A stretch of DNA of 64,000 nt from contig DATBRI010000085.1 in NCBI GenBank assembly GCA_036560365.1, forward strand, positions 5,300 through 69,299, given 5' to 3'. The translations under genes and the position numbers were made by a program. How positions within the stretch are numbered: the stretch's first letter is position 1; each line of letters opens with the position of its first letter. The notes under the pieces are model-generated. The model did no database searches, was not told where the DNA came from, and saw only the letters and a list, made by a program, of their open reading frames with translations. Origin of the DNA: Methylocystis sp. GTDB lineage: Bacteria; Pseudomonadota; Alphaproteobacteria; Rhizobiales; Beijerinckiaceae. Below are positions 17,220-25,780 of this stretch, piece after piece.

Positions 17220-19003
17220 TCTTCTCGGCCAGGAAGAACGGATGCGAGAACCTGCCTCGCCGTTCCCTTTATCAGACGGCTCTGCTCGGGATCTCCCTTG
17301 AAAAGCGTCGTCGCAAAATTTCGCGCCTGCTCCAGCGAAATATGAGCCGGCAGCGGCGGCACTTCAGGATCGGTCTTGACCTCCAGCACCACCGGACGGT
17401 CGCAGGACAGCGCCTCGTCCCATGCTGCGGCAAGCCGGTTCGGATCGTCGACGAAAATGCCCTTCAGCCCGATCAATTCCGCGAAACGGTGATAGGGAAC
17501 GTCGGGGATATTCTGCGTCGCCTCGAATTTTGGATTGCCCTCCATCACGCGCTGCTCCCACGTGACCTGGTTAAGGTCCTCGTTGTTGAAGACGCAGCAA
17601 ATCCAGCTCGGGCTGCTCCAGTCCCGCCAATATTTCGCGACAGTGATCAACTCGGCCATATTGTTCATCTGCATCGCCCCGTCGCCAACGAGCGCAATGA
17701 CCGGACGCCCCGGATGGGCGAATTTTGCGGCGATCGCGTAAGGCACTGCGGCGCCCATTGAGGCAAGCCCGCCCGAAAGCGAGCACATCATGCCGGGCCG
17801 GATTTTGAGGTCGCGCGCATACCAATTGGCGCAGGAGCCAGAATCGGAGGTGATGATCGCATCGTCCGGAAGCCGCGGCGACAAATCCCAGGCGACTTGC
17901 TGCGGATTTATGGGTTGCGCAAGCGCCATCGCTCGCTGCTCGAGCAACTTCCACCAGTCCCGCACGCCGCTTTCGATATGGTCACGCCACGTAACATCCG
18001 TTTTATCTTCGAGCAAAGGCAAAAGCGCGTCGAGCGTCGCAACGGCATCGCCATGGAGATTGACCTCCATCGGAAACCGAATGCTGAGCATGGACGGATC
18101 GATGTCGATCTGCACGCCCCGCGCCTGCCCCTCCCGCGGAAGAAATTCCGAGTACGGAAAGCCCGAGCCGATCATCAGCAGCGTGTCGCATTCCATCATC
18201 AGGTCGTAGCTTGGCTTCGTGCCAAGCAGTCCGATGGAGCCCGTCACCCACGGCAGCGTATCGGGCAGAGCGGCTTTGCCGAGCAGCGCCTTCGCCACGC
18301 CAGCCTTGAGCCTCTCGGCGACGTCAACGACTTCTTTCGATGCGCCGAGCGCGCCCGCGCCGACGAGAATGGCCACCTTGCGGCCTGTGTTCAACACCTC
18401 GGCGGCGCGCCGCAAGTCTTGCTCCTGCGGCACGATGACGGGACGCGAATAGCCGACGCCTGTCCGCACCGATCCGTGCTTACGCGGCGGCTCCTCATAT
18501 TCGAGGTCCTGCAGATCGGACGGAAAGATGAGCACCGAGACCGCGTGTTCGGACTTGGCGATGCGAATGGCGCGATCGGTCAGCATTCTCACTTGCGAGG
18601 GCGTTTCCGCTTCCTGCACGAAGGCCGCGACGTCGGAAAACATCCGATCGAGGTTGAGTTCCTGCTGGTAGTGCGCGCCGCGCGCCGTTCGGGCCGCCTG
18701 GCCGGCGATCGCGAGAACCGGCATGTGATCGCATTTGGCGTCATAAAGTCCGGTGATGAGATGAGCGGCGCCCGGTCCGCCGGTCGAAAGGCACACGCCC
18801 AACTCTCCCGTGAATTTGGCATGCGCGCTGGCCATGAAAGCGGCCATCTCTTCGTGCCGCACTTGAATAAACTCGATCTTGCCTCTGGCGCGCTGCAACG
18901 CCCCGAGCACGCCGTTGATGCCGTCGCCAGGATAACCGAAAATGCGCCGCACGCCCCATTCGTGCAGCCGGTGGACAAAGTAGTCGCCAACGGTGCCGCT
19001 CAT
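17216..19003 (-). CDS. thiamine-pyrophosphate-dependent enzyme, pyruvate oxidase (PoxB)/acetolactate synthase-like
   Basis: 595-aa ORF. The N-terminal Pyr domain is 'IFGYPGDGINGVLGAL...VRHEEMAAFMASAHAKFTG'. The TPP-binding motif is 'GDGAMQMNNMAELITV'. Confidence 0.85.
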   Translation of the reverse strand: MSGTVGDYFVHRLHEWGVRRIFGYPGDGINGVLGALQRARGKIEFIQVRHEEMAAFMASAHAKFTGELGVCLSTGGPGAAHLITGLYDAKCDHMPVLAIAGQAARTARGAHYQQELNLDRMFSDVAAFVQEAETPSQVRMLTDRAIRIAKSEHAVSVLIFPSDLQDLEYEEPPRKHGSVRTGVGYSRPVIVPQEQDLRRAAEVLNTGRKVAILVGAGALGASKEVVDVAERLKAGVAKALLGKAALPDTLPWVTGSIGLLGTKPSYDLMMECDTLLMIGSGFPYSEFLPREGQARGVQIDIDPSMLSIRFPMEVNLHGDAVATLDALLPLLEDKTDVTWRDHIESGVRDWWKLLEQRAMALAQPINPQQVAWDLSPRLPDDAIITSDSGSCANWYARDLKIRPGMMCSLSGGLASMGAAVPYAIAAKFAHPGRPVIALVGDGAMQMNNMAELITVAKYWRDWSSPSWICCVFNNEDLNQVTWEQRVMEGNPKFEATQNIPDVPYHRFAELIGLKGIFVDDPNRLAAAWDEALSCDRPVVLEVKTDPEVPPLPAHISLEQARNFATTLFKGDPEQSRLIKGTARQVLASVLPGREE

Positions 19004-19611
19004 GGCCGTCTCGCTTTGCTTGGAAGCTGAAGGATGCGCCGACGCGTCCTATGGCGATAACCGACCGCGGGTCCGCATGTTCCGATCGAGGCGAAGGTAT
19101 CGCGATGCTAGGCTCTCGGCAGGAGAAGGATCCGAGAATGCGCGTATTGTCTTAGCGATTTTTAAAGACTTTTTACTTCTCTCCGATCGTCACAAAAGGC
19201 TCTCAGCATCGCGCGACTAGGACCATGTGCGTTCGACACACCCATTTGGCTGCGCAGGCGAACGCATTCAAAACGCCTATGCGGCCGCGCAGGCTCGGGA
19301 ACGACAAACAGCTTAATCGTCGCTAATGGCCAAGCATTCAAAGGAACTAACGCGTGACCATCGCCTCAGCTGCGATATTTTTGCAGTGCCGAGGAAGCGT
19401 TACGAGCGTATTCGTGCGCAAGCCGCGTCGGCGCGCAAAGCGAGGCGCTGGCGCAACTGGCCCATCGCCGCTGCCTTTGCCGGCGCGCGAAACTTCGGCG
19501 GTGTATCTGCAGATGCCGAGCCCAGCGGCGATGACCCATCGGCGTGACTGCGGGCTGCCTCCAAGGGCAAGCAGGAACCACCGGAGTCGCAGTATTTCAC
19601 GGCGCCGCCAA

Positions 19612-20430
19612 TCAATCCTGTCTGTCCTGCTCTTTAGCGGCGGCTTTGCGGAAGATCTCGATGAAGGCGTCGAACTCGGCAGGGGCGATATCGGAAACCG
19701 CCACATAGCCGTGCGCCGAGTCCTTCCAGAAGACGACCGAATAGCCGTCCAACGTGATATGACGCGGCGTCATCGCATAATCGACGGCGCTGGGGCGCAA
19801 CTCTGTCACCGTGAGCAAGTGTTGGCGATGTTTATAGACGAGCGTCGGCACCGGATTTCCGCCGACGACGTCGACGCGCCCGCCGAGCAGCGGAAATCCC
19901 TCCGCCGACAGATCGACGATGAGCGCCGCGACCGGTAGCTTGTTGGCGAGCCACGGCTTCACCGTGTGGCGATCGCTGGAGGCGACATCGACCGGCTTCT
20001 CGGAAATCTGACCGCGCACATAGCCGGCGACGACGGCTCGCGTCGCATCGTCCGGCGACAAGGCCGACCGAATTAGCGTCTGCGCGCCGACGCTGACGAC
20101 AACTGTGGCGGCGATCGCCGAGGCGAACATCCGCCAGGACGGACGGTCAATCATGTGACGAGCTGGCGTGGGCGTGGGCCGCAAGGGCGATGCCTCGTCG
20201 GCCGACGCCGCCGCGACGAGGCGCGCCCGCAGCGCTTCCGGCGCACTCTCGCGAGGCGTATGAGTTCGGATCACGGTGCGCAGCACCTGAAGCCGGGCGT
20301 ATTCGACCTGAGCCTGTGGATCGGCGGCGAGCCGATGCTCGGCCTCGACCGCGCCAGCCGCGTCGAGTTCACCGTCGAGCATGGCGTGCAGTAAGAGCGT
20401 GCGATCGTCGCGCTCAGAGCTGGCAGTCAC
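19612..20430 (-). CDS. anti-sigma factor (single-pass, periplasmic C-terminal domain)
   Basis: 272-aa ORF overlapping the ECF sigma stop by 4 nt. It has an N-terminal anti-sigma helix 'LLLHAMLDGELDA', a central TM segment 'MFASAIAATVVVSVGA', and a periplasmic domain. Confidence 0.7.
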   Translation of the reverse strand: MTASSERDDRTLLLHAMLDGELDAAGAVEAEHRLAADPQAQVEYARLQVLRTVIRTHTPRESAPEALRARLVAAASADEASPLRPTPTPARHMIDRPSWRMFASAIAATVVVSVGAQTLIRSALSPDDATRAVVAGYVRGQISEKPVDVASSDRHTVKPWLANKLPVAALIVDLSAEGFPLLGGRVDVVGGNPVPTLVYKHRQHLLTVTELRPSAVDYAMTPRHITLDGYSVVFWKDSAHGYVAVSDIAPAEFDAFIEIFRKAAAKEQDRQD

Positions 20431-20960
20431 GACGGCCTCCCGAGTTTTTCGATCATCAGCGCCCGCGCGCGCGCTAGCCGCGACATCACCGTGCCGATCG
20501 GCGCGCCAGTCGCTTCCGAAATCTCGCGATACGAAAGGCCGTTGATCTCACGCATGATCAACGTCTCCTTGAAAGCAAGCGGCAAATCGTCGATCGCGGC
20601 GGTGACGCAGGCTCGATCCGCGTTGGCGATAAGAGATTCCTCCTGCGTCGCCCCGGGGTCTGATGTAAATACGCTTCCGTGAGATTTCGCCTCTTCCGGA
20701 CCGCCGACCAGGACGAGCATATGGGATCGGTTCTTCGCGAGCCAACTGAACGCTGTGTTGCGCGTGATGGTGAGCAGCCACGCCCGCGGGCGCTCCACGG
20801 GGGCGCCGTCTAACGCCTTCAGCGCACGCAGGCAGGCGTCTTGCACCACGTCCTCTGCGTCGGTCGCGCTGCCCGTCAACCAGCGCGCGAGCGAAAAGGC
20901 GTCGTCGAGATGCGGCAGCACTTGTTCGGTGAAGCGCCGCCGCGCCGTCTCGCTGGTCAC
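20427..20960 (-). CDS. ECF-type RNA polymerase sigma-70 family factor
   Basis: 177-aa ORF. Region 2 is 'AEDVVQDACLRALKAL...WLLTITRNTAFSWL'. The region 4 HTH is 'LSYREISEATGAPIGTVMSRLARAR'. Confidence 0.85.
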   Translation of the reverse strand: MTSETARRRFTEQVLPHLDDAFSLARWLTGSATDAEDVVQDACLRALKALDGAPVERPRAWLLTITRNTAFSWLAKNRSHMLVLVGGPEEAKSHGSVFTSDPGATQEESLIANADRACVTAAIDDLPLAFKETLIMREINGLSYREISEATGAPIGTVMSRLARARALMIEKLGRPS

Positions 20961-20980
20961 GTGTCACCATCGTCACTCGT

Positions 20981-21295
20981 TTAGGGGGTCACGATGACCT
21001 TCCCCTTCATCTGCGGATGCAGGCCACAGAAATAGACGATCTCGCCAGCTTTGTCGAAGACATGAGAGTAGCTTTCATCCGTATCGAGCGCTTTGGATTT
21101 GAAAGCGGCTTTCTCTTCCACGATGTTGTGCGGAAGATCATCGTGATTGACGAAAGTGATCTTCGTTCCCTTTTTCACGGTAATCGTCGCGGGAGTGAAT
21201 GCGAAATTGTCGATCGCCACCTGCACGTCGTCCGCGCGCGCTGACGTGACAGCGAAGACGCTTGCGACGAAAGCGAGTGAGAGTGCTTTTTTCAT
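20981..21295 (-). CDS. cupredoxin (amicyanin/plastocyanin-like type-1 copper protein)
   Basis: 104-aa ORF with a signal peptide. Cu ligands are arranged as 'PHNIV' ... 'FCGLHPQM' (H, C-x2-H-x2-M). Confidence 0.75.
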   Translation of the reverse strand: MKKALSLAFVASVFAVTSARADDVQVAIDNFAFTPATITVKKGTKITFVNHDDLPHNIVEEKAAFKSKALDTDESYSHVFDKAGEIVYFCGLHPQMKGKVIVTP

Positions 21296-21323
21296 TATGA
21301 TCTCCTTTTTTATTATGGTCTCA

Positions 21324-22253
21324 TTAATCAGCCAGCGTGGAGTCGACGATCGCCAGCGGCTGCTTGCCCTTGGCGACAGTGACGCTGGAGACGCCGAGGA
21401 CTCCGCGCAGTTCTCCCGGAGGCACGGTCTTGGGGCCGGGCGAGGGAGCGGTTCCAGGCGCCGGCTGTGGGAACGCGGTCGAGCGCGCGGTGTGGAAGGT
21501 CACATTGCCTTCGACTTTTTGCATGACCTGGTGAATATGACCGTTCAGCACGGTCACTGAACCAAAGCGCGCGAGATGCTTCAGCGCCTCGACGCCGTCC
21601 GAGGTGCCCCAGCCCCAATCGGCGGCGATGATCCACAGCGGGATATGCGCGAAAACGACGATTGGCGTCGAAGCGCTCTTGCGTCTGAGATCGTCGGCGA
21701 GCCACGCGAGCTGCTCGGCGCCCAGATTGCCCATGCCGCCGGCTTTGAGATCATAGACGTTGACGAGGCCGACGAAATGCACGCCGGAGTGGTCAAAGCT
21801 ATACCAGCCCTTGCCCCTGGAGCGTTTGCCGTAACGATCGAGATAGGCTTGGCCCTGCTTCTCGTCGATAACGTCATGCTCGCCCGGAACGTAATGCATG
21901 TCGAGCTTGGCGCCGCGGACGATCTGATCGAAATCGTCGAACTCTTTCGGCCTGGAAAGATGCGAGATGTCGCCCGTGTGAATCATGAAGGCGGGCTTTT
22001 CCGGCAACGCGTTGATCTTGGCGATGGCCTCTCCGAAGGTCGCGGACGGATCAGGATTGGCGGGCTTGTTGAAGCCGATATGGCTGTCGGAAATCTGCAC
22101 GAAGGAAAAGCCCTTCGTCGACGCTTCCGCGAAGCCGATGAGTTTCGCTCCCGGAACGCCCTCGGAGAGGGTCCACACGAGTCCGGTTCCAGCCCAGGCC
22201 ATGCATCTTAAAGCCTCCCGCCGGCTGACGTCGCGATCTTTATCCCGATCCAT
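21324..22253 (-). CDS. TAT-exported metallophosphoesterase
   Basis: 309-aa ORF with twin-arginine leader 'SRREALRCMAWAGTGLV'. Calcineurin-like motifs: 'VQISDSH', 'HTGDISH', 'GEHD', 'VFAHIP', 'NGHIH'. Confidence 0.8.
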   Translation of the reverse strand: MDRDKDRDVSRREALRCMAWAGTGLVWTLSEGVPGAKLIGFAEASTKGFSFVQISDSHIGFNKPANPDPSATFGEAIAKINALPEKPAFMIHTGDISHLSRPKEFDDFDQIVRGAKLDMHYVPGEHDVIDEKQGQAYLDRYGKRSRGKGWYSFDHSGVHFVGLVNVYDLKAGGMGNLGAEQLAWLADDLRRKSASTPIVVFAHIPLWIIAADWGWGTSDGVEALKHLARFGSVTVLNGHIHQVMQKVEGNVTFHTARSTAFPQPAPGTAPSPGPKTVPPGELRGVLGVSSVTVAKGKQPLAIVDSTLAD

Positions 22254-22293
22254 CTTCGCCTCCTTATGCCGGCCCGATGCCGGTCATGAGGGA

Positions 22294-22320
22294 GGACTCC
22301 GAAAGTGGCGAGGTTATTCC
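22294..22320 (-). promoter_or_regulatory. candidate ECF-type promoter upstream of the phosphoesterase-cupredoxin-sigma-antisigma operon
   Basis: On the minus strand: GGAAT-N18-GTCC, about 40 nt upstream of the ATG at 22253, which has an AAGGAGG Shine-Dalgarno. This is only a motif-level match and the spacing is 1-2 nt longer than classical. Confidence 0.25.
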
Positions 22321-22550
22321 GGTGCGAGCGAGTCTTTTCCGAAAAAATTTTACCATGCCTGGACCGATCAGCGGGGAATAGAGCAGGCCGATCGCGCCAC
22401 GCCGCAGTTCAATCGAACAACCGTTTCATATGAGACTTCGAGAAATTTTTTTTTGGCTGCGGAATAATAATCGATCGAATGAAGTCTTCTCAGCAAGGCT
22501 GGATTTCCTCTTTCTTGCTGGAACCGCCGAGAGGGAATGGAGAAGGCGTT

Positions 22551-22715
22551 ATGGCGATAAAACCCACGGCGATGCTCGCTGCAGCGCTTGCCACCGGAGC
22601 TTTGATGATAACCGCAAATCAGGAAGCCTTCGCGCGCGGCGGCCGTTGGTCCCACAGCGGATATGGACGCGACATCGGATCATTGGAAACCGGAAGGCGC
22701 GCAACGCGCGTGTAA
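22551..22715 (+). CDS. possible small secreted peptide
   Basis: 54-aa reading frame from an internal ATG preceded by GGAGAAGG. It has a signal-like 'MAIKPTAMLAAALATGALMITANQEAFA'. Short and unsupported by homology. Confidence 0.3.
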   Translation: MAIKPTAMLAAALATGALMITANQEAFARGGRWSHSGYGRDIGSLETGRRATRV

Positions 22716-22877
22716 CAAATCGGCCGTTCGATACGAAAATGAGGTGGACGCATAGCGGGTCGCCCATAGTTCTCCGGGCTTCTTGTCTCGCGTCTTAAAT
22801 GAGGATCGATGTCCGCGCGCAGCAGCCAACGCGGAGTGGGCAGGGTCCGCACATCTGTAATCGACGAAAGGCTCACA

Positions 22878-23264
22878 ATGTTTACGCGTCGCGCGCTCCT
22901 TGCTGCCGCCATTGTTTTCGGCGTTTCCACTCCGGTATCCACTGCTGAAAATCTTGCCTTCACTCAAGCCGACTTCGCCAAGGCGCAGGCCGATGGTCGA
23001 TCGATCCTGGTCGAGATTCACGCCCCTTGGTGTTCAATCTGCATGGCGCAACAGCCGATCCTTGATCGGTTGGAGCGCGATCCCAATTTCGCCAGTCTGA
23101 CCGTGTTGCGCATCGACTTCGACAGCCAGAAAAGCGCAGTGCGTTCATTCAAGGCGACGTCGCAAAGCACATTGATCGTCTTCAAGGGCTCCAAGGAAAC
23201 GGGTCGCTCCGTTGGAGACACCGATCCCACGTCAATCGCAGCCCTGCTCGACAAGGCCCTCTAA
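22878..23264 (+). CDS. periplasmic thioredoxin-fold protein
   Basis: An internal ATG gives the signal peptide 'MFTRRALLAAAIVFGVSTPVSTA' and the active site 'HAPWCSICMAQ' (WCxxC). Confidence 0.75.
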   Translation: MFTRRALLAAAIVFGVSTPVSTAENLAFTQADFAKAQADGRSILVEIHAPWCSICMAQQPILDRLERDPNFASLTVLRIDFDSQKSAVRSFKATSQSTLIVFKGSKETGRSVGDTDPTSIAALLDKAL

Positions 23265-23276
23265 AGGGAGAACGAA

Positions 23277-23999
23277 GTGATTTCGGCCGGCTTTGGCCTC
23301 GCATTTGTTGCAAGCGTTCTATCGATCCTCTCTCCCTGCGTTCTGCCGCTGCTGCCAATCGTGTTCGGCACGGCGGCCTCAGAGCACAGGTTTGGACCGT
23401 TGTTCTTGGCTGGGGGCGTCGCAGCGTCCTTTGTCGCAATCGGTTTGTTCGTTGGGACGATCGGGTTCGGCATCGGCTTAGATGGCTCGGTTTTCCGGAC
23501 CGGAGCGGCGATGGTGATGATCTTTGTCGGCGTCGTGCTCGCCTCGCGGACTTTGCAGGTCCGTCTTGCCGCCCTCGGCGGCCCGCTGAGCAACAGGCTC
23601 GATGCGAAATTCGGCGGATCTTCTCTTGTCGGCCCATCGGGTCAGTTCGTCGTTGGCTTGCTCCTCGGAGCGGTTTGGAGCCGCTGTGTTGGCCCGACTC
23701 CGGGAGCCGCCTCGGTGCTTGCGACGCGAGGCGAGAATCTCGGACAAGTCGGACTAATCATGGCCGCCTTCGGCGGCGGCGCCGCGCTCCCTCTCGTTGC
23801 GCTCGGCGCGATGTCGCGGCGGATGACGGCCCGCTGGCGCGACAAACTTCTCGTTGCGGGGAAGGGCATGAAGACCGCGCTTGGGGTGGTTCTCGTTGCG
23901 GGCGGGTTTATGGCCGTAACAGGCGTCGACAAGGACATCGAGGCCTTCATCCTCTCTGCGTCACCCGAATGGCTGACGGCGCTGACGACCCGTTATTGA
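23277..23999 (+). CDS. cytochrome c biogenesis CcdA/DsbD-family thiol-disulfide transporter
   Basis: 240-aa ORF (GTG start), 6 TM helices, with Cys-containing helices 'LSILSPCVLPLLP' and 'AVWSRCVGPTPG'. Starts 12 nt after the thioredoxin gene. Confidence 0.8.
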   Translation: MISAGFGLAFVASVLSILSPCVLPLLPIVFGTAASEHRFGPLFLAGGVAASFVAIGLFVGTIGFGIGLDGSVFRTGAAMVMIFVGVVLASRTLQVRLAALGGPLSNRLDAKFGGSSLVGPSGQFVVGLLLGAVWSRCVGPTPGAASVLATRGENLGQVGLIMAAFGGGAALPLVALGAMSRRMTARWRDKLLVAGKGMKTALGVVLVAGGFMAVTGVDKDIEAFILSASPEWLTALTTRY

Positions 24000-24082
24000 A
24001 GCGGCAAGACACGTCTCCATCAGGCGGCCATGTAAATTTCAGAAGCGCGTCTGAGGAAGGCAAGGGACGAGGGAGGCAAGCA

Positions 24083-24568
24083 GTGATCCGGTCATCTCGA
24101 GCGTCAGATGGTCCAGCCGTCGTCGAAATCTGGCGGCGCGCGGTCGACGCGACGCATGATTTCCTGACGGCGCAGGATCGGGCGGCGATAGATCTCGATG
24201 TGGCGCGCGACCTGCCGCAAGCGCCCTTGTGGCTGGCGATCGATGACCGAGGCTATGCGATCGGGTTCATGGGGCTGTCTGGATCTCATCTCGACTGCCT
24301 GTTCATCGATCCCAGACATCACCGGCAGGGCGTCGGGCGCAAATTGGTGGCCCATGCGCAAAGCTTCCATCCCGTGCTCGAAACCGAGGTCAACGAACAA
24401 AATCATGGCGCGAGAGCCTTTTATGCCCGGATCGGATTCAAGCCATTTGCCTGGACGCCGATCGACGAGCAGGGGCGAGCCTACCCACTCCTGTATTTGA
24501 GGCGAGACTCTCAAGATTCCGCGAAGGATCGGGAAGATGCGACGAACAAAATGACGAGTGCGCCGTAA
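24083..24568 (+). CDS. GNAT family N-acetyltransferase
   Basis: Uses the in-frame GTG at 24083 of ORF 23675..24568. The acetyl-CoA motif is 'LFIDPRHHRQGVGRKLV' plus 'NHGARAFYARIGFKP'. The upstream part of the ORF overlaps ccdA and is Arg-rich junk. Confidence 0.75.
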   Translation: MIRSSRASDGPAVVEIWRRAVDATHDFLTAQDRAAIDLDVARDLPQAPLWLAIDDRGYAIGFMGLSGSHLDCLFIDPRHHRQGVGRKLVAHAQSFHPVLETEVNEQNHGARAFYARIGFKPFAWTPIDEQGRAYPLLYLRRDSQDSAKDREDATNKMTSAP

Positions 24569-24616
24569 CCGAGCGGTGCGTCCGCTCGAATGCCTTGCCG
24601 CCAAAGAGGAGGAAGC

Positions 24617-25129
24617 ATGACCCTATATTCTTTCCGCAAACTATTGATTTTGCCATGGCCGATCGGTGCCGATTGGTACGCGCTCCCGCTGCGGTTGATT
24701 GTCGGCTATGGGTTTTTCTTGCACGGCTATGCCAAGTTTGCGCGCGGACCGGAGCATTTCGCGGCGATCCTGCAGGCGATCGGCCTGCCCTTTGCGGAGC
24801 TGCTCGGCTGGGCGACGGTGATCGTCGAGCTGGTCGGCGGCGTCATGATCCTCTTAGGTGTCTTCATCCCAATCGCCGCCGTGCCGATGATCGTTGTCCT
24901 CTTAGTGGCGATTTTCACCGTCCACCTTCCCAACGGGTTCAGCTCGATCAAGCTTATGTCCTATGACGCCGCCGGCGCGCATTTCGGCCAGCCGGGCTAT
25001 GAGACGGACGTGCTGTACGTGGCGGGGCTGCTGGCGCTCTGCTTCGCCGGAGCCGGGCCGATCTCGCTCGACGCCTATCTGAGCGCCCGGCGAGACCCGC
25101 CGGTGGTCAGCGGATCGCAGCACCGATAA
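24617..25129 (+). CDS. DoxX family membrane protein
   Basis: The ATG at 24617 is preceded by GAGGAGG. Four helices, with 'LRLIVGYGFFLHGYAKF' typical of DoxX. Confidence 0.8.
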   Translation: MTLYSFRKLLILPWPIGADWYALPLRLIVGYGFFLHGYAKFARGPEHFAAILQAIGLPFAELLGWATVIVELVGGVMILLGVFIPIAAVPMIVVLLVAIFTVHLPNGFSSIKLMSYDAAGAHFGQPGYETDVLYVAGLLALCFAGAGPISLDAYLSARRDPPVVSGSQHR

Positions 25130-25382
25130 TCGGCATGGAGATCGCGCCTCGACCATTTCGTTTCTCCTTGTACGGAAGGGCTGGGATGATTGACCGTCGC
25201 GCCCTGATCATGTCCGCCGGAGCGATGATGCCGTGCGCGCCTGCAGCGCGGGCCGCCGGTTATGGTGATCGGGCGACATCTGTGACGCGTTTAGCAATCT
25301 GCGACACAGCTCGACATCTCAGCTGGGCGGATCGATCGTGTGTTCGCCGAGAGGGCGAGCGAAATTCTAAGGGATAGAGTTC

Positions 25383-25778
25383 ATGTCGACACCTCCAGTT
25401 CTCCGCGTCGCACGGCCCAGCGACGATCTCGATGCGTTGCTTAGCTTCTATCGCGATGGGCTCGGCCTGGACCTCCTCTATCGGTTCGAAAATCATGATG
25501 GCTTCGATGGCGTTATGCTCGGCCGCCGGGGCGCGCCCTATCATCTGGAGTTTACGCGGGCGCATGGGCGCCCTGCCGGGCGGTCGCCGAGCCAGGATCA
25601 TCTACTGGTCTTCTATCATCCCGAACCGGAGAGCTGGCGGGATGCGATTACCCGCATGCGGGCGGCCGGGTTCGAGCCGGTGGCGGCGTTAAACCCTTAT
25701 TGGGAAGAGGCGGGAGCGACCTTCGAGGATCCAGACGGTTATCGCGTCGTGCTGCAGCAGTCGCGCTGGGAACTTTGA
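25383..25778 (+). CDS. VOC (glyoxalase/bleomycin-resistance/dioxygenase) family protein
   Basis: 131-aa ORF with 'FYRDGLGLDLLYRFENHDGFDGVMLG' ... 'HLEF' and 'FEDPDGYRVVL', typical paired beta-alpha-beta-beta-beta modules. Confidence 0.7.
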   Translation: MSTPPVLRVARPSDDLDALLSFYRDGLGLDLLYRFENHDGFDGVMLGRRGAPYHLEFTRAHGRPAGRSPSQDHLLVFYHPEPESWRDAITRMRAAGFEPVAALNPYWEEAGATFEDPDGYRVVLQQSRWEL

Positions 25779-25780
25779 GC

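Noticed and set aside
17897-19030. 377-aa ORF on the plus strand, together with 14692..15711, 28218..29030 and 48342..49184
   Set aside because: All of these lie antisense to well-supported genes (TPP enzyme, GMC oxidoreductase, sensor kinase, nagA) and are Arg-rich low-complexity translations.
25135-25377. 80-aa ORF with a vaguely TAT-like 'IDRRALIMSAGAMMPCAPAARA' N-terminus
   Set aside because: It is short, with no Shine-Dalgarno and a low-complexity remainder. Evidence is insufficient.
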